A stretch of DNA of 60,435 nt, the filler included, from Nemertoderma westbladi (lineage: Eukaryota > Animalia > Xenacoelomorpha): the NCBI GenBank assembly GCA_032718475.1. It is 4 parts of 4 records of this genome, joined end to end, with 100 filler letters (N's around TTAATTAATTAA, not from the genome) between each part and the next. Parts side by side here need not be neighbours in the genome. Positions count along the whole stretch, not along the records: positions 1 to 16,305 come from JAUCBJ010006615.1; 3 more parts are not named here. One strand, 5' to 3'. The translations under genes were made by a program, and so were the position numbers. The notes under the pieces are model-generated. The model was not told the DNA's origin. It searched no databases and saw only the letters and a list, made by a program, of their open reading frames with translations. Every line of letters starts with the position of its first letter. Within the stretch, counting starts at the first letter, position 1. Below, piece by piece: positions 1 to 12,774 of the stretch.

Positions 1-732
1 TAAACACACTTGATTCTGTCACGTATCTTAACCTACCGTCATACTGCTTTTACTGTTTGTAATTTTGTATCAGTATAATTGGATGTTATTAGTTGAAGAA
101 TATCAATAATCAACCCACATTTCCAATCTCCTTGATACACTACAGGTTAGAGAGAAAGGTTATGTACGACAATTGCGACTTTTATTATTGTGTTTGCAGT
201 GAATCTAATGTTGTTTGATAGACACTACATGAGTCCAGTGCATATCTCTTTATACCTGATCAAAGTCAGTAACTGGCGGTATATCAGTGAGCAGTATTGT
301 GCGTTACCGGTAGCGTGCGTGATTGTAACGTGATTGGATCTGATAACTAAGCATTTCCTAAAGAATGCGCCTTATGCTTGAAATCTAAGCCATATCGTTG
401 TGTGTAGTATCAGTCATAACTCTGTTTACATAGGTAGAGCGCCACGTCCTAAAGGAACTGCTAATATTTCCCGAAAGTGAATAATATTTGTCAGAGATTA
501 TATATTAGTAATCAATCGAATAATACAGTAGGCTTGACCGCAAATAAATCTAAGCCCACGAATCCAGTCTCCCGGGGTTATCGGGTCATTTGGACGCGCA
601 TGGACTGGCTTCGGCTAATGTTTTTGGTTTATTTTTATATTAAATCTTGTCATCTTGTAAAAGGCTATTTATCAATAAAGACATATAAATTTCGGCAGGT
701 TAAACTGCTGAAGGTCTACAAAAGCGCGTACA
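1..732 (+). mobile_element. Probable LTR (3' part), inserted into the left terminal region of the DDE transposon
   Basis: Its reverse complement aligns by eye with 47229-47900 and 27230-27500. All copies share a sharp end (..GCGCG(T/A)ACA). AATAAA lies about 55 bp before the terminal ACA. Confidence 0.5.
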
Positions 733-3700
733 GTCTGTCCGTCTTTATGTCAGTTTATAGGTCTATATGTCAAAACATAAGAAAGCACACAACCTCGCCA
801 AAATTTTTGTTACAGGGGTTTTCCATGTCGCTGATTTCATTTCTGATGTCAATTTACATGTTTGTTTGGTAGCGCATAGTTTGTCTCATTGTTAATCATA
901 AAATAAAAACTGTCAGCAAAATTTTCAATTTTATTAGGTACTGTACTTTATTTATTAGTTATTTATTTAGTATAATTTATTACTATTGATATTAGTATTA
1001 CTAAATAAAATATTAATGTCCTCCAGGAAGATAGTCTGGCTCAACAATATCTTCACCATCTCGTTTTTTAGCTGCTGCAATTTTCGCATTCCGATGCTTT
1101 ATCTTGCTCTTGAACTTCTCCACGCTACGCCGCACTCGTTTAACATCCTTCCTCACTTGCAGTTGCAGTGTAGGCCGACTCGGTTCCACTGAGAACAGTT
1201 GTTTTAGAACAAGTGACCTAGCCTCCGATCCTATGTTATAATATAATATAGTGCTCATTGCGGCCATTTCAATTCGTTGCGCTCCAAAGAATCCAATCTT
1301 CGGTGCCCGCTTCCAAACCAAACTGTGCAGACCTTCTGACATATTTTGAGTATAACCTGGTAAATATTGCCGAATCTGTTTGTCCGTAATATATCGGCGG
1401 TAGATTGGTAGCAATAGGGGAAGGAAAATTGGATCTAAATGATGGGGTTTTTCTGGCTCAGGTTTATTTGTTCGCTTGTATGTACAGAATGATTTTGGAC
1501 CAATTGGGCAATAGAAATGACGTTGGTTATTAGAACCACTTCGGATACAATGTCTGAAACTAGCCAAAATAGCGGATTTCATATTTTGGATCCTTTCCAC
1601 TTCCGACTTCCCTTTGGTATCATTTATAGACCGATGAACAGCTTTTCCAAAGTAACCAGTGAGTTTTACTATAGCTTCATTAGTGAGTCTATGTGAGGAA
1701 CCACCTATATATTTCCCATCACTCAGTTTTCCTTTAGTATCAGTTTTCAATTTCCGAAGCTGACTACCCAAGCTTTTCTGGATATGGTTTATACAATCAG
1801 TTTTCCAGACTCTGTCACAAATACTTTCATTGCTATGGTGTTTGTTCCAATATTCTAACCCCTTATCAGAACGATCAAATTCCTCTTTCTCTTCCATGGT
1901 CAACTTTTCGTATTTCCGACATCCATGACATGCCCCATATGCATCCCAAACATTCTTGTAAACACTTGAATCTCTATCCGAAATTAAATTACTTATCTTC
2001 AGCGAATGGTCTGGATCTGTAAGGCGGGTTTTGGAATTATTAAAAATTTCCACAGCAATGCTGGTCTCCATACTTCCGCTAGAGCCGGAAAAACTTCCTT
2101 GGCATTCCGATTCGTGGTTGTTGCTCATCCACACTGCATACTTTTCACTTTTTTTGTCGTATGGACAAAATGTACATTGGTTACACAACTTCGACCTAGT
2201 CCCATAATCTATCACTTTGCCTGTTTCCCAACTTAGAAGAAATCCTGCTCCAAAGGAAGAACCGAATCCACGTGTATGCCATGTACCATCATAACATGCT
2301 TCTATATTTACTTTCTCATTTCCTTTGGAAAGTTCATGACGTGCACTAACGAGTTCCTTCTCTACAAGTACTTTATGCGCTTTGAATATTTCACCCTGGT
2401 TATTCTCGAATGCTGTTTTACTCATTGTGCACGGCATTGCTAGGAGCTCAGCGATCAGCTTGAGTGTTTCTAGCCCACCGCCTACCTCACACGCCGCGTA
2501 AACCATCCGTCTATTTAGAGGAGTATGTTCTTGTGAGTACGGTTTTCTTGTTACAACTTCCGGTTTCGAAGAGTTGCCGAGGTAAAGTGACATATCACAG
2601 GCGTCACAAACTATATTGAGTGACGAACTTATACCTTGGCATACCTGCTCTCTCACAGATACCTTGCCAAGGCAACCAGCAGAATGTGCAGTTTGAATTG
2701 CTGCAGTAACATTTGTAATATCGAAAATACGAAATCCGGGATCACATTTCCAATGGATCACATTTTAGTAATTTACGAGGCAATAGACTTGTTATTAGTT
2801 TTTTTTTAGATTTAGTCTGTGGTGACAGTGGAGACTGTGGGACAGACCACCGCTTTATTCTTGCTGCTGTGGCAGCTAATTGCCACCTTTTAACGTTTAG
2901 TCTAGTGCATTTACCCATTTCAGAGTAGGCCAGTAAAATACCGGTAAAAAAGTGGGGTAGTATTTAGGCAACACACTACTTTCTACAGAATGTAACAATA
3001 ATATAGTTTAAAATTCCCGCTATTGATAAAGTAGTTCCTAGTACTGTAGAGCCATGGCCTAAAAAGACAGTCATGTTTATGGACACCTATGGGGACATAC
3101 AGACTTACGGCTTACAAATAGACAAAAGGACAGACCAACAGACAGATTAGATTCTATCAAACATGAAAACTTGGCTGTTTCATTTCGATGCATGGCCTTC
3201 TAAACATCAATAACTTGTTTAGAAGGTCATGTTTCGATGGAAATTTTCATATTCGATGGAATCTTGGGAGTCTGCATATCTTTCTGTCGGTTGTCTGCCC
3301 TACCTATCAAACCTACAGACAGACCAACTACATTTCACAAAACATTACAACTGACATTGGAAATGGAATCACTGACTAGGAAAACCCCCATATCGAAAAT
3401 TTCAGCTAGGTGGTGTATTTTATTATAAATTGATGGACAGACTGACACACAAACAGACAGACAGACACACGAACAGACAACCAGGCAGGAAGACAGATAG
3501 ATGGACTTGATTCCACCAAACATCAAAACTAACTTCGGAAATGAAGTCAACGCCAATAACAACTGCCAAAACGAAAATATGAGTACGTCATATGGTTTCT
3601 TATATATTGTTGGACAGAATGACAGACATATGAACGGACAAACGGCTATAACTCCAGAACTAAAAGAGATATCGCTAAGCCGTTTTCAGATTTGAAATCC

Positions 3701-3773
3701 TCATTAAATTCTGCTCTAAGTGAAATAAAAAACAAAAATCTGAAAATTTTGACCCAGGGGGGGTGTACCCCCC
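733..3773 (-). mobile_element. DNA transposon with Mutator-like/Kolobok-type DDE transposase; left end interrupted
   Basis: The right end ..GGTGTACCCCCC is followed by TTAA (3774-3777), as in Kolobok-type termini. 780-855 is an imperfect inverted copy of 3345-3415. It encloses the transposase ORF. Confidence 0.7.
1013..2918 (-). pseudogene. DDE transposase (Mutator-like/Kolobok type), about 629 aa once a 16-nt frameshifting insertion is removed
   Basis: Motifs YDGTWHTRG, TGKVIDY..SKLCNQC, GSSGSME, SDRDS (usually GDGDS), KTDCINH (CxxH), HFYCP.G..SFC and TQNMSE..HSLVW..PK. The ATG at 2918 becomes in frame after removing the duplication at about 2739-2765. Confidence 0.85.
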
Positions 3774-5198
3774 TTAAAAATTAACTTTTCAATTGGAAGT
3801 TAAACGTAACAAAATTATCGGAAATTTGAGGTCGATTCTGCAATTATCTGCGCGTTTTTGAGCTTTTTCCAAGCTTTTTTAATAGCTTTTTATGGAGCTT
3901 AGTCTATATTATAGGTTTAAACATTCTAAAATTATCATATTCAATGCCATTAATTAATCATGCTTTTCTAACAAAAAAAAAACTCAAAAAACAGCAGCGC
4001 GGAAGCGGGCCTTCAACCCCCCCCCCCCCCCCCCCCCATCCTACGTACCTATACGACAGTCACCATGACTCACCGTTCCTATCTGTGCCAATCTTTTCCC
4101 CCTTTGCTTTACACCAAACTCCAAGTCCGCAAATGGTTAACTCATACCTAATGGATCCATCCTGAGGGAGTCAATTAAGTATTTGTTAGTGTGTAAAATT
4201 ATAAATAAACAAAAATAGGCGCAGTATTTACAGAAAAGTGGCCAATACATGTAAAAAGTGACTCCGGGTGTAATGTTATCTTCACTGAATAACTGAATGA
4301 TGTTTCTTTAGATAGGCAACGGTGTAGTTGTTTGATAAGTTGGATATAAATAATGAGCTCAAGTTTGTATCCGATTTTAATAAAAATAATTTTTTAATTC
4401 ATTAAAACATTTGTATAGGTCCATTTAAAGTCAGACTTTCTGAATTGTTTCTGAAAAAAAAATTGTCTCTAGTTTTGCCACATATTTGTATCTTGCCTTA
4501 CTGTATAATATTTGAAAACATCACTCATTAAAGTTCATTCGTATAATTTTGTAGGGCCTCGGTAAATCTGAATTTTCCTTTTTGCTTCCATTTTTTAGTT
4601 TCAATCGTTTAATTTTAAACTCTCGACTTCTAATTAAAGTTTTGCAAACAAAATTCTGACTCACACAGTAAGATATTAGGAGCTCAATCTCTATATGTTT
4701 AAAATTTCATGCAATCTCATTTCGATTTGTATAAAACAAATTTATTCATTAAATATATTAATTACTAATATTTATAAGCCCGCATATTATCAGATCTGCT
4801 CTAGGGGTAGGCCTACAACTACGGTGAGATTTATTTATCGTAGGAAAGATTACCTTATAACAGGACCAAAATTGAACTACGGCAATGCGAACTATCAGTT
4901 GAATTGGAAATTATGCAATCAATTACATTACAATTCCATTGTAGTATAATAGTGTGTTCTAAAACTAATACTTACACTAGCATAGATGACTATATCCGCG
5001 AATGGGTCTCTTGGTTTCTCTCTTCTAAGGGGTTTAGCGTTGAGTCCACCGAGAACGAGAATCAACATTAATAATTTTAAGCCGACACTAAGACCCGTCA
5101 TCACTGTTGTTAAGGTTAATTACAGCGATGTCAAGTTAAATTAGGTTTAACTTCTTTTTTAATTAATTTAGTTCTAATCTCGGGAGACAGGGTGGGAA

Positions 5199-5331
5199 AC
5201 TGGACGCAAAACCCGCCTTGGCGAATTAATATCCCGCCTCAATAATGTTAAATTCTCAATTTAGGAACAGGTTACAGTGGCACGTTATTTTAACCAAAAC
5301 AATAAACTAAACACAATAGAACAGGTTACAG
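5199..5331. mobile_element. Partial MITE (ACTGGACGCAA family)
   Basis: Matches the full copy at 30518-30732. Other partial copies lie at about 13837-13991, 37297-37350 (inverted), 38420-38620 and 43615-43720. Confidence 0.7.
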
Positions 5332-6351
5332 GATCCACAATAGCCCACACTATCACCATGGCCGGATTACCGCCGATATGGAAAAAAAAAATCACGTCCA
5401 TTGGTCACAAGGAATACGCGATGCAAATTGTGATATTAATATTGTCATCAACCAATCTAAAAAACTAAAACTGATACTCAGTTAAGGAAAACCTAGCACC
5501 TACACACAGTTAATAGACCATAATAGGTCAACGATATTGTCAAATCATTATCATAATATCATAACTATATAAAAATATAATTGTAACACCCCAGCGCCTG
5601 CACGACAGACATGGGATGCTAATACATCAAATCACATCTTTACGACATACGTTGTGAATATGAGGGAATTCCGATGCCATCATTCGTTGCACCTATTTGA
5701 TAAACTACCGGTACAAAAACTATTACCCACGTTTGGAATTATTTACCTGAGTAAGAAAGCAAATTTAGTAATAATAATAAACCAAATTTTTGTACTGACA
5801 TGGAGGTAAATTAACAGAAATACTTTTCTTTAAGAATTGTAAATATCCTCAATTGAATGTTCCAGTATGAGCAGTTGCATAATATTGCAGCACTGACTAG
5901 CATTTGCACCTGTGACTTTAATAACCATAAATTATAATTCTTTCAGCGGTAAATATGCCGACTGAGATATTAATAAAAGTTCCACGACCATCTGTTTTTA
6001 CTTTGAGTGTTTTTTTTACTATTTCACTGCCACCAATCCATCGTGTTTAACCATAAAACTCAACACTGACAGTAACAAAGTTTTTGCATTAAGTTATTAA
6101 ATATAACAGAAGTGAATGCAAAAGGCCCGTGTCACACGTGAGCTTTCAACTTTCAAATAGCTACGTACCGATTCACACAAACATTCAACTTTCAGCTCAT
6201 AAAATATAATTTTGCATATTAATAAAATGGTTGCGCAATATTCAGTTTGGAAAAAGTATGTTTCTTCTGATTGGGTGTCACTGCTAGTGATGCCAGCTTT
6301 CAACTTTCACATATAAAATAATATAATAATTTCACGCATTGAATGGGAGAA

Positions 6352-6596
6352 TCTTTTAGGCTAGTTAAGCCAAGGAATGCCTGTTCACCACCATGGGTGA
6401 TCTTCCACAGTAAACCCTTCCACTCTGTTTCCCAAGTTGCCTTGGTTCCCATTTATCGACCACTGAAGGATGAATGCCGGGGTTGAGCTAGGCTGCAGCA
6501 TTTAAAGCACTGTGCCCAAACAGTGCTGCCCCATCTAGGGATCGAACCCGGGCCCCCTAATCGGAAGCACAGTAATGTCACCACTAGACCAAGCTG
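6352..6596 (-). mobile_element. tRNA-derived SINE
   Basis: On the minus strand, A box TGGTCTAGTGG and B box GGTTCGATCCC are followed by a central CATCCTTCAGTGGTCGATAAATG motif shared with 9245-9355. Confidence 0.7.
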
Positions 6597-6663
6597 CTGC
6601 ACGCATTAAATTATTTCACGCATTAAATAATATGAGGCTCAATTTATTTGAATTGTAGAAATA

Positions 6664-7410
6664 TTGGTGCTGGGCCATATCTGGTTCCCGCTGGCTCGAG
6701 AAACAGGACTTGGGTCGCATGTAGTGGTGCTGGGCCATATCTGGTTCCCGCTGGCTCGAGAAACAGTACTTGGGTCGCTATTGGTGCTGGGCCATATCTG
6801 GTTCCCGCTGGCTCGAGAAACAGTACTTGGGTCGCTATTGGTGCTGGGCCATATCTGGCTCCCGCTGGCTCGAGAAACAGTACTTGGGTCGCTATTGGTG
6901 CTGGGCCATATCTGGTTCCCGCTGGCTCGAGAAACAGGACTTGGGTCGCTATTGGTGCTGGGCCATATCTGGTTCCCGCTGGCTCGAGAAACAGGACTTG
7001 GGTCGCTATTGGTGCTGGGCCATATCTGGTTCCCGTTGGCTCGAGAAACAGGACTTGGGTCGCTATTGGTGCTGGGCCATATCTGGTTCCCGTTGGCTCG
7101 AGAAACAGGACTTGGGTCGCTATTGGTGCTGGGCCATATGTGGTTCCCGCTGGCTCGAGAAACAGGACTTGGGTCGCTATTGGTGCTGGGCCATATCTGG
7201 TTCCCGTTGGCTCGAGAAACAGGACTTGGGTCGCTATTGGTGCTGGGCCATATCTGGTTCCCGCTGGCTCGAGAAATAGGACTTGGGTCGCTATTGGTGC
7301 TGGGCCATATCTGGTTCCCGTTGGCTCGAGAAACAGGACTTGGGTCGCTATTGGTGCTGGGCCATATCTGGTTCCCGTTGGCTCGAGAAACAGGACTTGG
7401 GTCGCATGTA
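6664..7410. repeat. 57-bp minisatellite, about 13 copies
   Basis: Unit TTGGTGCTGGGCCATATCTGGTTCCCGCTGGCTCGAGAAACAGGACTTGGGTCGCTA. Confidence 0.97.
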
Positions 7411-8039
7411 GTATCAGTGATCATTTAAAATGTGAAGTGAAGATGTTTTTAACACCAAGTATATTAATTAAACACTAATATTAATTATCTCATAATTATT
7501 TGGAATGCCCGTAACCAATCTTCGCATTATCTTAAAATGATAGATAGATAGGCAGCTTTCGAACGCTCATATCCCAGCTATTTTACGACGAAATTCAGAT
7601 TGTGTTACATATTTGGAATCCTTGCATGGCCAGCTTTCTGACAGTGTCAACGAATCACTATATATATCGTTGTGGTGCAATATTGACCGAAATACCTTTT
7701 TCAAACGCTTGTAGCTAAAAATTAAAGAGAAAAATTAAATTCTGACTCACCAATAATGAAGGAGGTAGATGAAATTTTTGTAGAAATATTCCATGTTAGT
7801 ATTCGTGACTTTTATCCATCTGTAGGATAATTTTTTTTTTTGGGGGGGGGGGGGTGTATGGGCACTGGGCAGGTACCTGAATAACGGATCTTCTAGAAAT
7901 TATGTAGTCGTGTTCTTTTGAGATGCTTCTTATAAATTGTAAAATATAATAAAGTATATTATTGAGTGTTTATTCTCCTAATTGTTTCTATATACCTATT
8001 GATGTAAATACCGGCACCGGTGATTAGATTACTTCATTA

Positions 8040-9047
8040 TTAATAATAAGAATTCAATGTTTTAGATCGTTCCTCATTATTTTTATCCAATTCTATAGTT
8101 TTGAAGTGGTTTGCTTTTACTATGAAAGGGCCATATTTACCAAAGGCTTGATAGAGCTCAATATATGTACCCGGTGGTACGGAGGTCGATATGGTTAATG
8201 TAGTTTCTTCTTTAAATGTCTGAGCTGTGGTTGTTCTCCAACTGTAGCCAGTAGTGCCGCTGACACTGGCAGTAAACACCTTGGCAAAGTTTAACCCAGC
8301 TGTCAATGTGACGGATGTATTCTCCATGTAGGTTTCGGTTTCTGTCATACTCATTCCGATCTTCCGCGCAAACTTCATAGAGCCTTGAGAAGAGGAACCC
8401 GTGTTATCGAAGGAACTAACTAACTGCCAGTAGTCGACAGGAGACCACCCTTCTTTACTACCTTTCTTCCACCCACGAAATTGCTCCCAATCACCAATAG
8501 CAACTCCATCAGTGGTCACGTGACCTTGTGCCTGCGCCGTAAAATAGTCACCGAAAGCGTGACTTTTTATCGCGATACGATCTTCATTGTCATTAATTTC
8601 TATGATAAATTTTTCCCAACTACCTATAAATTCTCTATCAGCTCTCAACTGTCCATCAGGCTGTCTGGATATGTATAAGTTGTTCCAAGTCATCAATGCT
8701 ACGGTCCCATCCTCCATAAAAATCGGCTTAAAATGTTTCAGTTGTTCGAGTTGGGTGCCATCCTGGAAGATGATGAATTTCTCATTTGTCGATAACATCT
8801 GCCCATGGTCCGATATCAGTATCATGTATTGCTTCCCGAGTACAATGTCCGTGCCGTCGCCTTCGGAACCTAGAAGGTATCTCCACAACTGTTCACGCTT
8901 TGTGACTTGCTTCCACTGACTGAACACACCATCAAACAGCGCGAATGTCAATTATTATTGACATTCGCGCTGTTTGATGGTGTGTTCAGTCAGTGGAAGC
9001 AAGTCACAAAGCGTGAACAGTTTGAACAATATACCACAACGAAACAT
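8040..9047 (-). pseudogene. Secreted fascin-like beta-trefoil plus aerolysin/ETX-MTX2-like beta-pore-forming domain protein; 5' end disrupted by an inverted duplication
   Basis: Fascin-type repeats (DGTVALMTWNNLYIS..DGQLRADR..IGSWEKF; IAIKSH..GDYFTAQ..G..IGDWEQF). The C-terminal region is Ser/Thr-rich with an alternating pattern and VPPG..ELYQ. The in-frame ATG at 9047 is separated from the 8951 ORF by TAA TAA at the palindrome centre. Confidence 0.65.
8887..9022. repeat. Perfect inverted repeat, 66-bp arms, 4-nt loop
   Basis: 8887-8952 is the exact reverse complement of 8957-9022. Confidence 0.97.
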
Positions 9048-9244
9048 TGCTATCACCCTATAGTTGTGCGTTATTTATAAACAAAAAGAGTTACTTAGTT
9101 AATATAATGTATGATGTAAACCTGCAGAACTGGTTTCACAGGCTCGATTTCACTTTCGCTATTTAATTTGGAAATTATAGGTGATGACATGAAAGATTTC
9201 AATGAAATATTATATTTGTAAATTTATAATTCCCAGTAATTAAA

Positions 9245-9355
9245 CTGGTCCTCATTTTATCGACACCATGGGATAAGATGCTGAGTGGACCGTAGCCGGG
9301 CTCGAACCTACAACCAATAGATAGTAAGCCCGGCGATTAATCAACTGAGATATCC
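9245..9355 (-). mobile_element. tRNA-derived SINE fragment
   Basis: Minus strand has a GGTTCGAGCCC B box followed by CACTCAGCATCTTATCCCATGGTGTCGATAAAATGAGGACC. Confidence 0.6.
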
Positions 9356-9593
9356 CTCACTCACCAACTGTATTTAAGTTATTATTTGTATACAAACACA
9401 ACCATTTTTTCTTAAGAGAAAGTCATCATCTGACCTTAAAATGATGGTAAAATCTACCGAACAGGGCCAAATTACGTAGTGATGACTAATTTACAATGGG
9501 ATAGCGCTAGAGCTTCTTTACCGCTGTCATAAGCCTGATTTCATTGAGATTGGTCCGAAAAAAGTGGTGGACTTACATACTAACAATTATCAC

Positions 9594-10165
9594 TTCGTGG
9601 GGCACACTACTTTTGTAAAGTCAGTAATGACGTCCAGGTGGTATCGAACTGGTGACCTCCACGTTGAAAGTCTGGCGCTCTAACCAATCAGCTAGCTGCT
9701 CAGGTAAAAGGTAGATCTAGAAATACTACCTGATACCTTGTATGTCCTCAATTTAAGTCCTCATGGATTTAAGAAATCATCTGCAGCTACTGTGCTCAAG
9801 GACTACATATGAAACCAGGTCGTATTTATCTATGGGGTGTAACTGTCCTACCAAAATTCTTAGTTAGTGTATTATTATTAATCATAGTGACCGTGATGGT
9901 TCATGGTTAATATACACTACCCTTTCATTGCAGCGAGTGGTTAATGGCGACCAAGTATGTACGTACAGTAGTATTAGACACAGTGGCAGCAGATGATGGT
10001 ATTGACAGATGGGAGCCCGTGAGGATGTAAATTGCGGACATACAAGGTATCATAGGTAGTATTTCCAGGTCTACCTTAAAGCGTCAGACTTCCAACCGCG
10101 AGGTCACCAGTTCGATCCCCTCTGGACGTCATTGTCGATTTTGCAAATGCTGTGCCCAACGAAGT
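9594..10165. mobile_element. Inverted pair of tRNA-related repeats (9594-9747 minus, 10037-10165 plus)
   Basis: Both contain a GAGGTCACCAGTTCGAT(C/A)CC B-box region and share the flank GACATACAAGGTATCA. A related fragment lies at about 22581-22620. Confidence 0.6.
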
Positions 10166-11554
10166 TATAAAAATATGAAACCACTCATTCACCCAAAACA
10201 CCAAAAATAAGAAGTAATAATTGGCACAGGAAATAGTTCCAGAGGTCCAGTGATTATAATAAATATGATAGTGTGTGAATGGAACATAGGGAATAAATTA
10301 CCTTTCTCTGTCGATAAGTTTCTATGATAATATATTTTTAATGATAAGAAATATATTGAGAGGCCGATAAGAAGTTGTCAAATATGCAATTGCATTGCCG
10401 TTAATTCTGTACAAATGCTACCTTCCCTTAATTGTTGAGTCATCGGGGAAAATGCAATATAGCCTCTACCCATAGCCTAACTTCTACCGGTCTTATCCTT
10501 TGGTTACAATCTGTACAGTTCTTATATATAAACTGTGTGATTTAGGCGTTTCATACCGGTGTTTTTTTTTGTTGGATATGCAATTTTACTGGGTCTGGTA
10601 CGATATAGATAGACCTTAGAAATTTCTAGTCTAGGCCATCTGATGGGATCTTGTCTCAGGCTATCGAAACGTTCCCATATTTTTGAAATAATGATTGTTT
10701 TGTTCCATTAATTAGCACTTCCCTTTAAGCGGCTGACAGATGTAATCTATTTTTATCTTAAATATCATAGACTGAAGTTAAATGTTTATTTTTTTAAACA
10801 TACGCCCCCATGCGTTGCAATTCTGGTACTCTTTATTATTATTATAGTAATTTAACTTTAAATATATAAAATAAAATACTATTAGAATCACAGTCATATA
10901 AAATAATAAAACCCGAGTTAGACAGAATGGGCTGGTGCTGCTAGACTAGAAAGGGTTGGATCATTCTTAGTGAGAGAGAACATGGTGTCTATTTTTTGCG
11001 CAACCATGGCTTTACAAACACAGTCACCGGTGAGTATATGTAATAAATATCAAACTAAATAGTTAATACAGTAATTTGAGTCTATTTTTGGATTTCAGTT
11101 CAGTTGATGGAATAATGTCAGAGTTGCACCAAATGGTGAAAACCATGAGACTTCGTCCATGTTATTGTTATATTCCTGTTATGTTGGCCGAATGACCTCC
11201 ATATATTTAAGGTAAAGGCGAAATCAGATGACAGATAGTAGTTATGTGAAAATTATCTTCCTTCTCGGCTCGCTTCTCGCGATAGGAGTTTACAACAGAG
11301 CTTTATAAAATGCTTAGATGTATTTCCAGAATATCTTCGGGGATAGTTGTTTGCGAGATTTTGCGTCATATAGTCGATGATGTATTGTCAGGTGTAAAGA
11401 TAGGCACGCTTTTGAGAAATGTAGATTTTATTTTATCTTAATTAATGCAGGTTTGAAACTGTGAAGTGAAGAGCTACTGCTACTGTATTTTAGGGAATTC
11501 ATATCAACGACAAGTTTGAGTGAAATGCTTATTATGGTTTTACTTAGTTTATTT

Positions 11555-12265
11555 GAAAAAACAATGGTGTAAGGACTTTCAGCCACAAAAGGTGTTATAG
11601 TGTATTGCAGACATTTCAATAAACAATGTTTATCTTGATCAATGCAGAATGCAGTACTGATTAATGTTGTACGTACACTACCGGTACATATAGTGGACGA
11701 CACTACATATCGAAGCAGGTCGCAGGGAAACTATTATACGCTCTCCCAATGATGACTCAATCAATAGGAACTCCGGTAGTCTACTGAATGAATGTTGGCT
11801 TCCTGCTATTGCCAACTCAATTCCCAATTAAGCCCCCCTTTTTTTTTGTTTTTGAATTAGTTTTATAATATAATTGTTACTTCTTTTAAATTTCGTAATT
11901 ATTTAAACTAAATTTTAAACCCTGTTTAACCCCAATTATGTCGTACAGTATATTATTACTTATACAGTATTACTGTATAATGTAAAATACTGTATATTTG
12001 ATATATCCAATTGTCTAATTTTTGTTGTATACTGTACATTACTGTGCGAATATCGATATATATTTTTGTCAAATTGCATATACAGTATATTGCTGTATAA
12101 TGTATAATAAATTCGATATGTCGTGTCATCCACTATATGTACCGGTAGTGTACGTACAACATTAATCAGCACTGCATTGATAAAGATAAACATTGTTTAT
12201 TGAAACGTCTGCAATACACTATAACACGTTTTTGTGGCTGAAAGTCCTTACACCATTGTTTTTTC
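11555..12265. repeat. Inverted repeat, arms of about 155 bp (11555-11714 / 12112-12265)
   Basis: The arms are near-identical reverse complements (AACAATGGTGTAAGGACTTTCAGCCAC...ACATATCGAA). Confidence 0.85.
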
Positions 12266-12559
12266 TATTATTCTCGCCACATTCAATTAATCAAGTCTTT
12301 TAATTAGTTTATTTGGTTAGGTTAGGGGCTTGGTTAAATGAATATTTTGTAAGTAGCAAGAGAGCGTTGTTGGAGTAGAGGTCGTGTGGTATTACGGTTA
12401 ATGAGCCCATGATGGGACGACGAGTTCCAGATACATTTGCATATATTTTTTGTTCTGTTTTTGTGGTTTTTTTCGTATAGTTGCAAGGTAAGTCATTGTT
12501 GTTTCACTTATTATATTAAATCCTCTATGGCCTGGCCCTAATACGAAGGACAGACTTAT

Positions 12560-12770
12560 CCGCTATCCCACGATAGTTTGTTGGTATGCCGAGGTCTCCT
12601 TTCTTGGGGAGAGGCTTTAGTTGACCTTTAGTGCAAATTGGTGGTGGCTTTTCCCCTTTTAACATCCGGTTGCAAACATTCAATAATGGTCTGTTTAGCA
12701 CTCCTGTTTTCCATACCTCCGCTGGGATTTCATCTAAACCACTCGCTTTATTATTGGACATGCTTTTAAT
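12560..12770 (-). mobile_element. Non-LTR (RTE-like) reverse transcriptase fragment
   Basis: NKASGLDEIPAEVWK...PLPKKGDL..PTNYRGI. Confidence 0.8.
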
Positions 12771-12774
12771 GGAG

